A stretch of DNA of 64,000 bases from Eledone cirrhosa. Taxonomy: Eukaryota. The translations under genes were made by a program, and so were the position numbers. This document shows, piece after piece, positions 11,717 through 25,753 of the stretch. The stretch lies in contig OZ024742.1 of the NCBI GenBank assembly GCA_964016885.1, positions 126,046,001 through 126,110,000 of the forward strand. The letters run 5' to 3'. The notes beneath the pieces are model-generated. The model worked only from the letters and a program-made list of their open reading frames with translations. It did no database searches and had not been told where the DNA came from. Numbering within the stretch: position 1 is the stretch's first letter; every line of letters starts with the position of its first letter.

Positions 11717-14700
11717 TCATCATTTCATCATTTCATTTTTACGTCCGCTTTTTCCCTGCTTGCAAGGGTTGGACGGAAACTGATTTTGGCTTGATTTCTA
11801 CAGCTGGATGCCCTTCCTAACACCAACCTCATTTACAGTGAGTGCTGGGTGCTTTTTTGCCGTGGCACCTCCACGACCACTTTGCAGTGGAATGATAGGG
11901 ACCCCAGTCCCTATCATCTCATTTCTACAGCTGAGTAAACTGGAGCAATGTGAAATAAAGTGTCTTGCTCAAGGAAACAACACATCACCCGGTCTGATAA
12001 TTGAACTCACAACCTTTCGATTGCAAGGCCAATGCTCTAACCACTAAGCCATGTGCCTCCATATATATATATACACACACACACACCAAATATATATATA
12101 TATATATATATATGCCAGTTACTATAAATCCCAACAATATTTCACATTACACAAACTGCTACACAAATATCAATAGAAACCAATAAATCAAGTGTCATGT
12201 TCTGTTCTTTTCTTCTTTTCAGAGGCTATATTGAATATCTGATTTATCATACACATCTTTCCCTTAACCAAATCTCACATTTCACTACTATATGACAACG
12301 GAGCATATGAGCCCGACCATGAGACCATGATGTAATCACCTGACTTATTTAGCCTCCATATGTGACAAAGTGTCTTACTCATGCAAGCATAGAAAATGAA
12401 TGTTAAACAGTGACGATGACATGACAGTTATACATAACACTTGGCACACACACAACATACAATCTCTCCTTCAGTGGCTGTATATATGTATAGGTAAAGG
12501 AAATTATCTACTACTAGTATTGCTTTATTATTATGGTCCCATTATTATATTCCAAATAGGCTTGTTTACATAATTAGACCGAAAAGGACCTATTGATTCT
12601 CCTATTTACCTCCAGTTTATCTTATGTGACACAGCAAATGGTATGTGAAGAACACTTAAATCTCAGTCAGCGTGATCTTCAAAACTAATCATTCTAGCTT
12701 CTTGTCTCAAAGTGATGTCCCTCCAAAGTTACTTCTTACAATGACAATCAGGCCAACAACCTGTAATGGTCCTATATGTTTTAAATTTCAATATAAAAGT
12801 TTCTAGACAACAAGGATGGAAATGGGTCTAAGAATAAAGCTTTGTTAATCTATAAGAGTGACGATAGTGATAGTGAAAGTGATAATATAGTGTTGAAACA
12901 AGCAGTTTCATCAGGTTATATGTAATACCACACAGATGAATTAGTTTACCATAGTAAGCAGAGCTGAGTTCAACTACAATCATGGCAAAGCTATCTGTGG
13001 TAGTATGGTAGCTTATTCAAAGAAATATTTAGCTCTATCAGAACTGAACCCTACAGATATCATACTGGAACACTGGCTCTATTATACATTGTGTTATAAT
13101 ATCAGAGCTTATAGATATCATACTGGAGTACTGGCTCTATTATACATTGTGGTATAGAAAAGATTGGATATCAGATGAAATATTCGATAATAGATACTGC
13201 TATGAAGCATAGATTCTGCACTTAATTTATTGCAAATTTCCCACAGATTAACTAGCTCTCATAATTTATAACTTATGAACTCCTACAGCATGTATGCCCC
13301 TGCAAATTATGAAAATTATGGCCACACACACATATAAACCCATATAGTACTCTACTACTACACCTAAACACCTCTTAACAAGCCACCAGGAGAGCCTCTA
13401 TGGGCAACCAATATGGTTATTTGACCTACTAGAAATAGCAGCCAAACCTCCCTTAAGTTACATTTGGTATCCATGTCTTTCCTTGTATGTGCATAGAACA
13501 TGCAAAACCATCAAGGAACCAAACTTGAATCGCAGATCAATTTTCTTTGATCTAATTACTGATGCAACAACACAACAAAAGCAATGTTATGGCTACAATA
13601 AAGGCCCTTTCAGTTTCAACTAACATCTCCCCTGATTACAAATGTAAAAAGAAAAAAAAAAAAAAAACATGCACTCACCAATATCACCACTAAAAGGTTT
13701 CTTAATTTAAGCACAAGGCCAACAATTTTTGTTTGGGGGGTGGGGGTATTACATTGAGACACCAGTACATGACTGATACTTTATTTTATCAACCCTAGAA
13801 GGATAAAAGGCAAAGTTGACTTCAACAGGATTTAAATTCAGAATGTAAAGGGTCATAAATACTGAAAAGATTTATGTCCAATGTGGCACAACATGATCAC
13901 AAGTTTGTAAAAGAGTAAATAATTGATTGAATGAACCCCATAGCGGAAGGAAAATCAATTACAGCAACAGTTTCAAGAAGAGCCTACCTTTAAAAAGAGT
14001 ATCAATTTGCCAGATTAATATCTTGCAAATTGATAAGCATGCTATAGTCCCATAACTCCTGAGGGGACTTGAAGGGTTGCAGTATTGACATACAGTATTT
14101 CTAGGGCATTTTTAAACTTGACTCATGGTCTTCCTCTGGGTATCCTGCAGGTTGGTTTTGCATGTAAAATTTGTCCTGTGATTGTTTCCTATGACAATTT
14201 AACCATATATTTATAACACGGGAGCTAAGATCTGTCAATGCAGAAAATTAGCTCTATTTGGAGCGATTCCCTGATCCATTGGCAGAAGTTCTAGCATTAG
14301 TCAGAGTAATGCAAGAACTTCTGCCAATGAAGAAAATGTTGGCAGTGTGATGTAGATATTATTTCACATATATCTGACAGAATGTATGATGTATTTTTTG
14401 TGATATAGGCCTAGTTTGTTAAATAAACAAGGAAATACCAGATGTTTTTAAATAAGATTTCCTTTCAAAATGGTTTTGAAGCTATTTTTTTAAATAAATA
14501 AAAGGGGTGATGGTAAAAATTAGATATCTGATCAATCATAACATAAATGTGTTAATTATGAAGAAATGTTAACCAGTAGAAACTTAAAAGGAAGTGAAGG
14601 CCTCAACATTTATTTAAAAATGAATTCATCTTGAATAACATCAGCTTCCTTACCAAATCTTACCACTCAAATTTTACTCTCCGTTTTTGGAGGCCTTTTG

Positions 14701-14794
14701 ATTTATTTTTGTTTTGATTTTCAAATATTTCCATGACTTACTATGAATACAAGTTGTTTTTTTGGGGTTTTTTTCACGGGGAGGGGGCATTTTA

Positions 14795-16140
14795 ATAATA
14801 TTAGCACACGGCCAGCAATTTAAAGCAAGAGGAAAGTTGATTATATCAACCCCAGTAATATCTATTTCTAACATAGGCATGAAAGCAGACATTTTTAATT
14901 ATGTCAACTCTAAAACTTGACTGGTACAATATATCTTATTGACCAGCAGATGAATGAAAGGAAAAGTTGACCTCAAAAGGATTCCAACCCAGATCATAAA
15001 TATCGAAAGACATTTTGACTGGTGCTCAAATAATTTTCCTAATTTACCACCACTATTATTATAATTATAAGGGCAGTGGGTTGGTAGAATCAGTAGAGCT
15101 TCGGACAACATGCACTGTGCCATGTAATTACAGCCCTTTACATTCTGCATTAAAATCCTGCTTTGCCTTTCATCCGTCTGGGGTCAATAAAGTAAAGTAT
15201 CAATAATGCACTGGGGTAGATTTAATTGACTTTCCCCACTCCAAAATTGTTGGCTGTGTGCCTAAATCAGAAACACTTATAATAAATGCTTCTGATTTAG
15301 GCACATGGCCATACATTTGAAGGGAAGAGGAAAGTTGATTAGATCGAGCCCATTACTTGACTTGTACTTTATTTTATCAACCTCAGAGGGAAGAATGACA
15401 GTGTTGAACTCAGTGGGATTTGAAATCAGGAGGTAGAAGGCAGTAACTAAATGTTGCAAAACATTTCGACCTATGCTCTACTGAATCTGCCAATCCACCA
15501 CCCAGAAAATAACAATAATAGATTCTATTTTGGGCACAAGGCCAGCAATTGAAGGTAAGAGGAAAGTCGATTAAATCAATCCCATAAAGATGAAAGGCAA
15601 AGCTAACCTCGGTAAGATTTGAACTCAAAAGATAAAGTGCCATAACTATATGCCACAGAACATGTCCAACACACTACCGATATTGCCAATTCACTGCCCT
15701 AAATAATAATTGTATCTACATTTGACACAAGGCCAGTAATTTCAAGGGAAGAGGAAAGTAATTATATTGACCCCAGTGTATTACTGTTACTTTATTTTAT
15801 CGAGCCTGTGAGGATGAAAAGCAAAGCTAATCTCCGTGGGATTTGACCCAAATCATAAAGGGACATAACTATATGCCGCAAAGGATGTTGTCCAATGCTC
15901 TACTGATACTGCCAATCAACCACCCTGATAATAATAACAACAACGATTTCTGATTTAGGCATACGGCCAACAATTTTGGGGAAGGGAAAGTCAATTAAAT
16001 CGACCCCAGTGCATGACTGGTACTTCATTTTATCAACCCCTGTAAGGATGAAAGGCAAAGTTAACCTCGGCGGGATTTGAACTCAGAACATAAAGGATGT
16101 TGTCTGATGCTCTAACGACTCTGCCAATCCACTGCCCTAT
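14795..16140 (-). mobile_element. Cluster of about 7-8 tRNA-derived SINEs, family A (mostly minus; one plus copy at about 15070-15275)
   Basis: Repeated ttggcag..tcagtagag A-box, gagttcaaatcc B-box and ctttgcctttcatcc..ggggtcgataaaataaagtaccag body, which resembles the Meta-domain. Confidence 0.85.
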
Positions 16141-16554
16141 CAACAACAATAATAATGATAATAATTATGCCTGTTGGATGAAAAAATAGTAGTAAAGGGT
16201 ATGGATAATCAGAATGTATAGAATGTAAATGTTGGTGGTATTGATAACAGGTTTGTAGACAATGACAAACATCGCTATCATTAAGTGGAAGACAGAATAA
16301 AGGCATTGAAACTTACACATATTCCAAATCGTTAATTCGACTTTTTAGTTTTCTTATTTCAGACTGGACCAACAAACTTTCTGGAAGGTCCCTGTTAATG
16401 AGAGAAACAACATTGAATAGAAAGGAAATATTACAGACATACCAATGCTAATGTAACCTTTTGCATAGTGCCTTGGTTTGGAAGAGGATACTACATTCAG
16501 GTAGAAAATGTTCTGTAGCAGATATAAGAAGGGCTGAGCCCCCAAAATACATTC

Positions 16555-17540
16555 CTAAAAGCTAGCCTCTCTATTATCAAGCTAAGCCTTATGAGTAACT
16601 CTTCTAAAAGCTGCCCTCTCTGTTGTCAAGCAGAGCCTCATGTGTAAATTTTAAAAGCTTCCTTCGCTGATAGCAAGCCATACCTCATGTATAACTCCTA
16701 TAAAAACTGCCCTCTTTGTTATCAGGCCAAGCCTCACGTGTAACTCCTCTAAAAACTGCCCCTACTCTTGGCAGACAGAGCCCTAAATGTAACAACTCTA
16801 AAAACTGCCACTAGATCTTGGAAGCTGAGATGTGAGTGTAATCATTATCATCATCATCGTTTTATGTCCATTTTTCCATGCTAGTATGGGTTAGACGAGT
16901 TGCCCTGTTGTGAGACAAGCTAGGTCCGATGACCATGTCTTGCTCATACAGAACTGGTTTGGGCTTGGTATCTACGGCTGGAAGCCATTCCTAACATCGA
17001 CCACATTTACAATGTGTGCTGGGGGCTTTTTGTCAAGACACCTATATGACCACCTTACAGTGCGGGCTGAGAACTTGGGGGGGGGGGTAGATCTAGGGGC
17101 GTGTGTGGGGAGCTGAGTGTTCGGACATGGGTGGCGTGTTAGGACATGGAGGGTCCAAGTGGGGAAGGGACATGGATGGAGGGAGGAGCGTTAAGATGTG
17201 GAGGTGCATGGAAGAGAGAGGGGAAGTTATGTGCAGACAAGATGAATGTTTCAACCTGTGTACATGGGAAGGTGGGTCTTCTGTATTATTGCCACATGCA
17301 GGAGTTCTCGATCCTGAGTCATCGTCTTTGAGAGGTGCAATTATACACAGTGTTTATCACTTCAAGCTGAAACTTAATTGTAACACCTCTAAAAATTGTC
17401 ACTACTTCTTAACAAGCTGAGCCTTAAGTGTAACTTCTCAAAAAGCCATCCTATTAACAAGCAGGCTAACACCTCAAAAGCTAACCTATTTATTTGCAGA
17501 CTGAGCATATCATATTAAAAAGCCAGCCTATTTACTAGCA
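16555..17540. repeat. Diverged ~48-bp minisatellite interrupted by an RTE 3' fragment (about 16845-17345, minus)
   Basis: aaaactgccct...caagc.gagcctca.gtgtaact units on both sides of the insertion. Confidence 0.7.
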
Positions 17541-18499
17541 ACCCTCACCCACCACCACCACCATTGCAACCACTACCACCTTTCTGAAACCAGTGAGCTC
17601 TGGTTTCTTCCTTTTCATCTCCACAAGTGTCAAAAATCATAGACACTGACCTTCTTTTTCTGAGTAAGACATAAAAAAGTAGTGTTTTTTAGTAAAAGAA
17701 GGGGTTTACTTGGTATGTCTGGAGGAAAGGTTAATGCCCATAGCCTTCACAGGCCCTTTCAGACTGGAAAGATTTATGTCATTATGCTCAATCTCTATGG
17801 TTACGTGATATGAGAAACTTGTGTGAGAAAAAAACAATAAAATAGTTAAAGCTATTGTCAGGGTGATGGGGAGAGAATATATAACAATGTAACAATCAAT
17901 ATTACATAAACCCACTATAATCTTGTGTGTTTTTGTGATGGAAATATGTCAAGCAGATCAGAACATGTCTGAGAAGAAATGTGACTGAGAAGAAATCTTT
18001 AAAAAAGAAACATTGTAAGATACAATTATAATAAGAGTGATTGGGTACAGGGTGAATATAAATGTAATGATATGATTTCAAACAAGCAGGTCATACAACA
18101 TTTTATAGAAACATATTGTTTACTTTATTTATGCAGGCCACAGCATATATTAAAAGGTTTATAGCCAAAACTAGTTTCTGAATTAGATGCCTCGCTGTGA
18201 AAAGAATGAAGTGTAAACACTTTTTACTATTCCTACAAGACATTAACACTACATGTTTCAGAAATTCTCTCTTCATCAAAAGATAACTACCCTTATGATC
18301 AATTTACAGAGGGATTTGTAGAATGGACACTATTTATATCAAGCAAAATCATTATCATTAACATGTTTTGACGTCAACTTTTCCATGCTGTCATAGATTG
18401 GACAGGACTTTTTGAAGCAATGTTTTACTGCTGGATGCCTCCCCTGATGCTAACCCAGTTAGTCACATTATATATAACATGCAAGGGTACAGTGTATCT

Positions 18500-21092
18500 T
18501 AGGATGTTTCATATTTATAGGGAAAATGTTTTTTTGTTGGAATCACCTCATGTCAATTTCTGCCTGAATCCATTTCACATAAAAGCTACATAGGCAAAAA
18601 TACAAGGAGATATGAATATATTGAGGGGTTGCCCAATTTGGTGCTTTTTGAATGCCATGTCACAAATATATGCAAAAAAATGACTTTAACACTTGTTGAT
18701 TGTAGACAGAATTTTGTCCATTTTCGACTGTGTACATGCAATAGATGTTTCTACTGTTTATAGGATCCTAAATAAAAAAGAAATAAGTATGTAGAAATAA
18801 TTTTACATCAGAAGTATTTGATATCATGTTGATGAGGTGAGCTTTTTGATATTTGTTTTGATATTTGTTTTGATAATTCTGGAAAATAATGAGTTAACAA
18901 TAAGATTCTAATGCAAGATTCATTGCATTGTTGGTTCAATGCTGGTTTTGTTAGCAAGTAGTAAACATGCTGGTTTTCCTCAAGTTCTATCCATTGTTAT
19001 GAAGTTACAAAATAATTTTCTTCTCTTTTGCTTTTCATAGCCTGAATGAGTTCCAGAAATGTGAGAACCCAAAGATTCATTAAAATAAAATTGATTGATT
19101 GATTTTGCCTTTCATCTTTCACAGTGAACAGGAAAATGAAAACCAAAATGGCCATTTGACTGCTTGAGAGAAAGCCTGAGGGGCAGTACCTCAGACTCTT
19201 CAAACAACAAGTGCTCTCATTTTTCTCTGCCATCACATCAAACTCAGTTGCTATATAAAAAAAACTATCCAGAAGTGTGGGGAGAAGTAAATACCCTAAC
19301 AAAATTGAAAAAAAAACATCTGCATGTCAATAGAGAAATTGTATAAGGAATATCAAAGGCAGAAAAAAGAAAAGTCAAGGAGCACTGACAAAGCAATTAC
19401 AAAGCGCGAGATTTGGAAAGGTGATATCGAGGAAATTTTTTAGATTGAAAGCCAGGACATTCTCGAACAAAAGGATGTCCCATCTGAAGACAAAACTTTC
19501 CTTGAAACACAGCAGGAAGATCAGAGGTCTTCATTCCTGGCTGGTGAGAGCCATTCAGAAGGAAAAAAAGATTCATGATATAAAAGAAAGAGAAAGCAGG
19601 TTGAAGAAGTCAAGAAGATGTCCAAGAAAGTAGCTCTTGAAAGTTTGTCATCCAGCTCAGCTATTAATGATGATGATGATGATGAAATCTTCAAGTCAGT
19701 ACTGCCCTAAAAATCACTGCAAATAAAGCCAACCCACGACACCACTCTTGTTGCCACAAGGGAAATGGAGAAACTATCTGTATGACAAGCAAATACTTCT
19801 TACATCACAATTGCAAAGTCTTGGTTATGATGTGTCTGAACTCTTGGTTTCCTCTTCAATTGTTTATTGATCAAGAACTAGTCACCATGAGATGGCTCAG
19901 GAAATTTAATTATCCCCTTTCCCCCCTGAAGACAGATCATGGCTAGTCCTCCACTGGGATCGAAAATTATTACCATCGATTTGCAATCGAGCAGTCAAAA
20001 ATTAGATTACAGTTTCAATTACAGCTAAAGGAAAAGAGTTCTTAGGTGTTCCAATTGCAAGAGATGGAACTGGACAACAAATTGCTGAACTTGTTTTGAA
20101 AGAAATTTAATGATCCAAATTGAGGATAGAATAATTGCTAACACTGGCATGCATCAAGGAACTAATAAGAAAATTGAAGCAACTCTGAAAAAAATGCCTT
20201 TTCTGGCTGGCTTACCAACATCACATTCTTGATATGATTTGGAGAAAGTCTTCAACATTTTTTTTATCATAATCTAGTCCCAGTATCCCAATGTTCATAA
20301 AGTTCCAGGAACATTAGGACTCCATCAATAAGTCTCATTATCAAACTATCTTGAACAAAGATGAGCACGTAGAAGATTTTTACAAGCAAAAGAAGAGGGG
20401 AGATGGTTGAATATCTGACTGTACTGCTTTCTGGAGATCATCCCTGAGAAGACTATACTGAGATCATAAAGCTCTCTCTTCTCTATCTTGGTGGTTGGCC
20501 ATCTCCCCAGTTCTCCTTCTTAGTCCAGGAGCTTACCACCAGGTTCATTGGATTGCTAAGGCCATATATGTGATCAAGTTAGTTCTGTTCAAAGAACAAC
20601 TTAAGTTTACACCATGTGAGTTGAGAGATCTAGAAAAATCCGTTTCCAGTAATAAATTTAATTCATAAAAAATGTTTTTCTCTTTAACCCCCAAATTATT
20701 GTGTATTTAGAATGTCTTCTTTTTGCTTATTTTCATTGCATTTGTCTGCTTATCATTTCAACAAGTCCCCCAGAGGACAAAGGGAGTTGTTTGTGGTAAT
20801 AAATTTCATCCATAAAGAGTATTTCTCTAACCCCAATATTTTTTGTGCATTTAGAACATATTTTGTTTCATTTCATTCAGTTGTGTGGTTTCATCAATGG
20901 ATTCAATACAGTAAGGACAATATAACACATGCTAGGTCCAAAAATGTGTCATAAAATGATGTGAAAATGTACAACCCCTAAATATTATTCAATTGACATA
21001 TAATTTGGCATACTTTGTTATTTCATCAATATAAACATGGGTGTAATTGACATGAGATTATTGGTGAATAGTTTGCAAAATGGAACACCCTA
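18500..21092 (+). mobile_element. Decayed hATm-type DNA transposon
   Basis: TIRs taggatgtttcat / tagggtgttccat (rc), near-matching 8-bp TSD gtgtatct/gtgtaatt, and transposase remnants LWLAYQHHIL and PGAYHQVHWIAKAIYVIK. Confidence 0.75.
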
Positions 21093-21379
21093 GTGTAATT
21101 ATTCTAAACTGGATAAACATAATTAAACACAATGCCATGAATTTTGGAAGATGGAAGCAGTTGATTAAATAAACTTCATTACTTAAATGTCACATATATC
21201 AACCCTGAAAAGATGAATAAAATTCTGCCAATCCTCTGCCCATAATAACAATTATTTCTTTACACAAATTCAAGGAATGAATTGTAATACTCTAGTGATG
21301 TTTGTTTTAATAACACTAGAAAGAATATTTTTTCTGTCATGACAGAATTCAAACTTAGAATGAAAGCTTGATAGAGTGC

Positions 21380-21700
21380 ATAGCTGAGAGATCAGAGAAT
21401 CTTTCCAGGTAGAAGTGCTACTTCTCCAAATTGAGAGATCACAACTACGATACTGCGAGCATCTGGTTAGAATCGCTGGCAGATTTCACAGGAAAAACCA
21501 ACAAGCAGGAGATCCAGGAGTAGACCCAGAGCAAGATGGTTGGATAACATCCCTGAGCTCAGCTGGTCTTGCTTAGAGATACAGTCAGATGATTTGGAGA
21601 CGGTGGCTTCTGACAGGACCTGTTGGAAGAAGTGTTTGAGGACTCTACCTCCACACTGCTCTCAGGAATAAGTGGGAGAAGAAGGAACAGATGGTGATGA
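21380..21700 (+). mobile_element. RTE (second family) 3' fragment; related pieces at 22730-23200 and 25510-25710 on minus
   Basis: IERSQLRY..RPRARWLDNI..DRTCWK peptide and (GAA)n-like tail. Confidence 0.75.
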
Positions 21701-22013
21701 ATGTTAAGAGTCATCACTAAACACCAATTTTCTTACAAGTAAACAAAAAAGCATTTTATCTCTACTTTGCCTCTTTATCCACTACTTCAATGGGGTCTAA
21801 CCCAATCTTGATTAGCCCTAGGTCAGACTTGTGGGAAAAGATCTATGATCAAAAGCTTTACAGCTGTCACTTTACTGTTTTTTTTATTGAAACATATGCG
21901 ACGGTAGAGTGGAATATATTTCACTGCTGTTTCTAGCAGACAAAATAACCATGTAATAATTTAATTTTAGCTTTGAAAGCTAAAATTGAAAGATTCATGA
22001 AAATCATCATCAA

Positions 22014-22051
<38 letters not shown>

Positions 22052-22127
22052 AAACATGCAGTACAAAATGGTAAATTTGAAACTTTCTGTTATGATTCTG
22101 TCTGCAAAACTAATTTGACATTTACAG

Positions 22128-22217
22128 TAAGTGGCTATTCCAGTGCGTCTCCCTCACCGTCCTCTGGGGCAATGTTTTCTCCACCGTGTTCGCCGAGACC
22201 ACAAGGTAGACTATCTC
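22128..22217. CDS. Exon-like GC/CpG-rich block of uncertain strand (+22128-22205 xSGYSSASPSPSSGAMFSPPCSPRPQ, or -22158-22217 GDSLPCGLGEHGGENIAPED)
   Basis: Plus: CTAAT branch site, tttacag acceptor, gtagac donor, 78 nt. Minus: weak cttag acceptor, GTGAGG donor, 60 nt. Both are open and phase 1-1. Confidence 0.4.
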
Positions 22218-24164
22218 CTAAGTTTCATTTATGGTGGTGGGATGTGAAATAGATTTACTTCTATGAAGTGAACTAGAACAGGTTTTACTAGTTCAGCAAA
22301 TGGTGATATGTCACTTGTCCAGTGCCACTCATGCACATGTTTAACTTGGTTAGAGGTATAATAAAATGTATATTAATACTTTTAATTCTTAACATCCTGT
22401 ACCAAATGAAACTACATTAGCAAGACTTTCACAAAAAGTACAAAACAATACTATGGCTGCATCACATTAAACATCTTCACGTTAGTTTCCTGCAAATTTT
22501 CCCAACAATTTGTCCACTAATAGATATACTATAAACATTCAATTAAGCAGATCATCTGGTACTTGGTCTGTAGGAGAAACTGTTCTACAAACATTTCCTA
22601 CCAGATGTAAACTACTGTAAATTAGGAAGAGTCCAAATCCCATTTATTAAAGCAATGAAACAGGTGTGCATCTTTCTTTGAAGGCTCAAGAAGAATCTGA
22701 GTGTCATATGATTCAAATCTCAAACTTCTCTTCTTCTTCCCCCACTTATTCCTATGATGGTCATGGGGGCAGGGACCTTAAACATGCCTTCCAGCGGATC
22801 CTGTCATCAGCAAATGTCTCCAAATGATCCAGCTGGATCCCTTAGCAAGACCAGCTTATCTCATGGATATCATACCTTGATCATGGCCTACCTCTGGTTC
22901 TCCTCCCAGTTGGTTTTGTCCATAAAATCTGTCCATTGATTCTTTACTTAGGCATTCTGACCTCATATTGGTAGTATCATACTTTTGATCTCTGAATTCT
23001 CTGATTTCCAAGCTATACACTGCATCGAGCAAAAGGAACCCCATTTCAGCCGCTTGTATTCATGATCATATTCTTTCAGTCATTCATGACCATAGGTATG
23101 GGTTGGCATGAATACCAAATTGAAGACAGCAGGTATGGCTTTTACACCTACCTCCCTTCTGATGACCTGGCACATTACTGCATCTGCTCCTGAAATTCTT
23201 GCACTCAATTCAGCCTCAAACTTTAATTTTTAAAATAAATGTATGTGCAATTGAATATGTGTGTGTGTGTGCATTATACATATACACATGTATGTGTATT
23301 GTGCATGCAATATGAATAAATCCAGTGGTGGGGGGGAGCTTACACAAATGTAAACATTCACATGATGCAACACTTTTGGTGTAATTTTGATACAACCAAA
23401 AATGAACAATCTCACTTTGACATCAACTAATGCCATCAAAAAACCTTCTCAACTCTACCAACTCATTCAACAGGTAATTAAAAAACAAAGAAGGGGAGTT
23501 AGAGTTTGATATCTCAGCTACATGTTGCAGACAAGGTGGCAAAAGTGTTATCACAAAGAACAGCCAGCAATGCCCACTGCATCAGGCATTCCTACTCACA
23601 AGGTTTCTTTCTCAGGTCTAATATAATACCCATCCTGGTTTGCCAGAGAATGACAGCTGTACAGGGATGGAGGACATTGGAGGACTCAACAGTGACCAGC
23701 ACAAAATTACCCTCAAGGTTAGAAAGAATTATTAGCTCAATAATCAGTTCTGGGCATGAAAGGCACAGGAGACAAAACTGTGGTAATAAAGTAGGTAATG
23801 AATCTGATATTGGTAGTATGAGTGACAACTCTGGACATGTTTCAGTCTTTTTAGACCTCACCAGCAAGGTGAATCTTAACAGACTGACAAAAATGATTAA
23901 TATATACACATATATTGATCATTTTGAAAATTTAATATAACCAATAATGTTCTGAAGTCAATTCAAAGAAAGACGGAAGGTAATCTTGACCTCAGCGGGA
24001 TTTGAACACAATTCTGAACATAAAGAAAGGGCTTTAATCATTTGATCCCACATTGGTAACAATTCTAACACTTCCCAACCTACCATTCTGAACAGATATC
24101 ATCATCATCATTTAATGTCCACTTTTACAGACCAAGTCAATATTGAAGTATGGCGACTGAGCTT

Positions 24165-24530
24165 CCAGAGAGATTGGGGCTTTGCATCTCACATATATGG
24201 TTCCACGTTCTACCAAGTGGATTTTATCATGGCACCAACACTAGAGAGGTTGTCATGTCAGACAAACTGGGGGTTCGCATCTCACATATATGGTTCTACA
24301 TTCTACCAAGGTCATTTTATCATGACACCAGCACTAGAGAGGATGTCATGTCAGACAAACTGGGGGTTCGCATCCCGTATATGGTTCCACGTTCTACCAA
24401 GGTCATTTTATCATGACACCAGCACTAGAGAGGTTGTCATGTCAGACAAACTGGGGGTTCACATCTCGTATATGGTTCCACATTCTACCAAGTGCATTTT
24501 ATCATGACACCAGCACTAGAGAGGTTATGT
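24165..24530. repeat. ~93-bp tandem repeat x4
   Basis: The unit (gcatctc/gcatccc/acatctc..atatggttc) recurs at 24184, 24277, 24370 and 24461. Confidence 0.9.
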
Positions 24531-25719
24531 CTTGGACACAACTGAAGGCTCCTCCCTAAACTTGAAAATAATGTAAATTTCAGTGTGTGTTCATGAATTT
24601 ACATTCTATTTGCCATGGTGTCAAGATAGTAATTTACATAAAATTAATTTGGTAATTTTATCATATCTGCTCATTTTGACTTGAATAACAATGTACATGA
24701 GCACATTACAATTTCCTTTCTGTTCAAGTTTTATAATATATGTGCATGCATAAATATGTGCAGCACAGGCATCTGCATGCATAAGCGTGTGCAACAGAGA
24801 CACTAACATCAACCACATGTTTGAAAACCTAAATCTTTCTGAACAACATGCAAATATATGATGTATCTGTACTAAAACAGACAAAGATAGGATAATCACA
24901 GCTAGAAATACTATGAATTTGCTCAAACAAAATTGATCAAAGTTCACAATATAGCATGTTTTGTCTCTTTCATGTTGGTTTTTACATCACTTCACACACA
25001 AATACAATTCCAAACCATAAAATTTTGTAATTCATCTCAACTAACCACACATACCAATGAAAGGTACATTTGACAACTTTTATCTATCTCATGCTTTTAT
25101 TTCTCACTCTCTTTCATATAATCTTAACCATTGCCATTAACCACTTCTAACCAACAAAGATACTTCAAAACATAGATTAAATATGAAAAAAGTATTCACA
25201 ATATTCATCTATTTGATGTGTCTACATTAATTTCAAAAGCAAATTTCAATAAAATATAAACCAAATGAAAAACACTTTCCACATGCATGCTCAAACAATT
25301 TCTATTTTAAAATATTTCTCATAAAACTTGGATGTAGTAGTTAGTTGTTGGTTAGTTCAAACATTGGATAGGATGCCTTATGGTACTTCATCCAACCTAT
25401 TGAATTCTGAGTTCTAGTCCTACTGGGTGGCAGACTTAACTGATCTCAAACACCAGACCCTTTGGTGCTTTTAGCAAGCACTGTTGCAAATGTTTAGTCA
25501 AGACCCTGGATCATTTGTTGGTTAGTTTTTCTCGTAAAATCTGTCCAGCTATTCTTTCCTGAGACATTCTAACCACATGTCTGTAGTATAGGAGCTGTGA
25601 TCTCTTAATTCGGAGCAGTGGCGGCTCTGCCTGGAGCGACTCTCTGGTCTCCGAGCTATGCACTCCATTAAGTAACATTACTCCAAAGACACCTTCCTTC
25701 TCTGACAATATTATAAAGC

Positions 25720-25753
<34 letters not shown>

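Noticed and set aside
13679-13689. 11-nt minus microexon with GTGAGT donor
   Set aside because: Frame-shifting, and the acceptor overlaps a SINE end.
13990-14530. Possible Tc1/mariner relic
   Set aside because: Too degraded; no clear DDE motif or TIR pair.
23506-23940. 144-aa and antisense 105-aa ORFs
   Set aside because: No motifs and no consistent splice signals.
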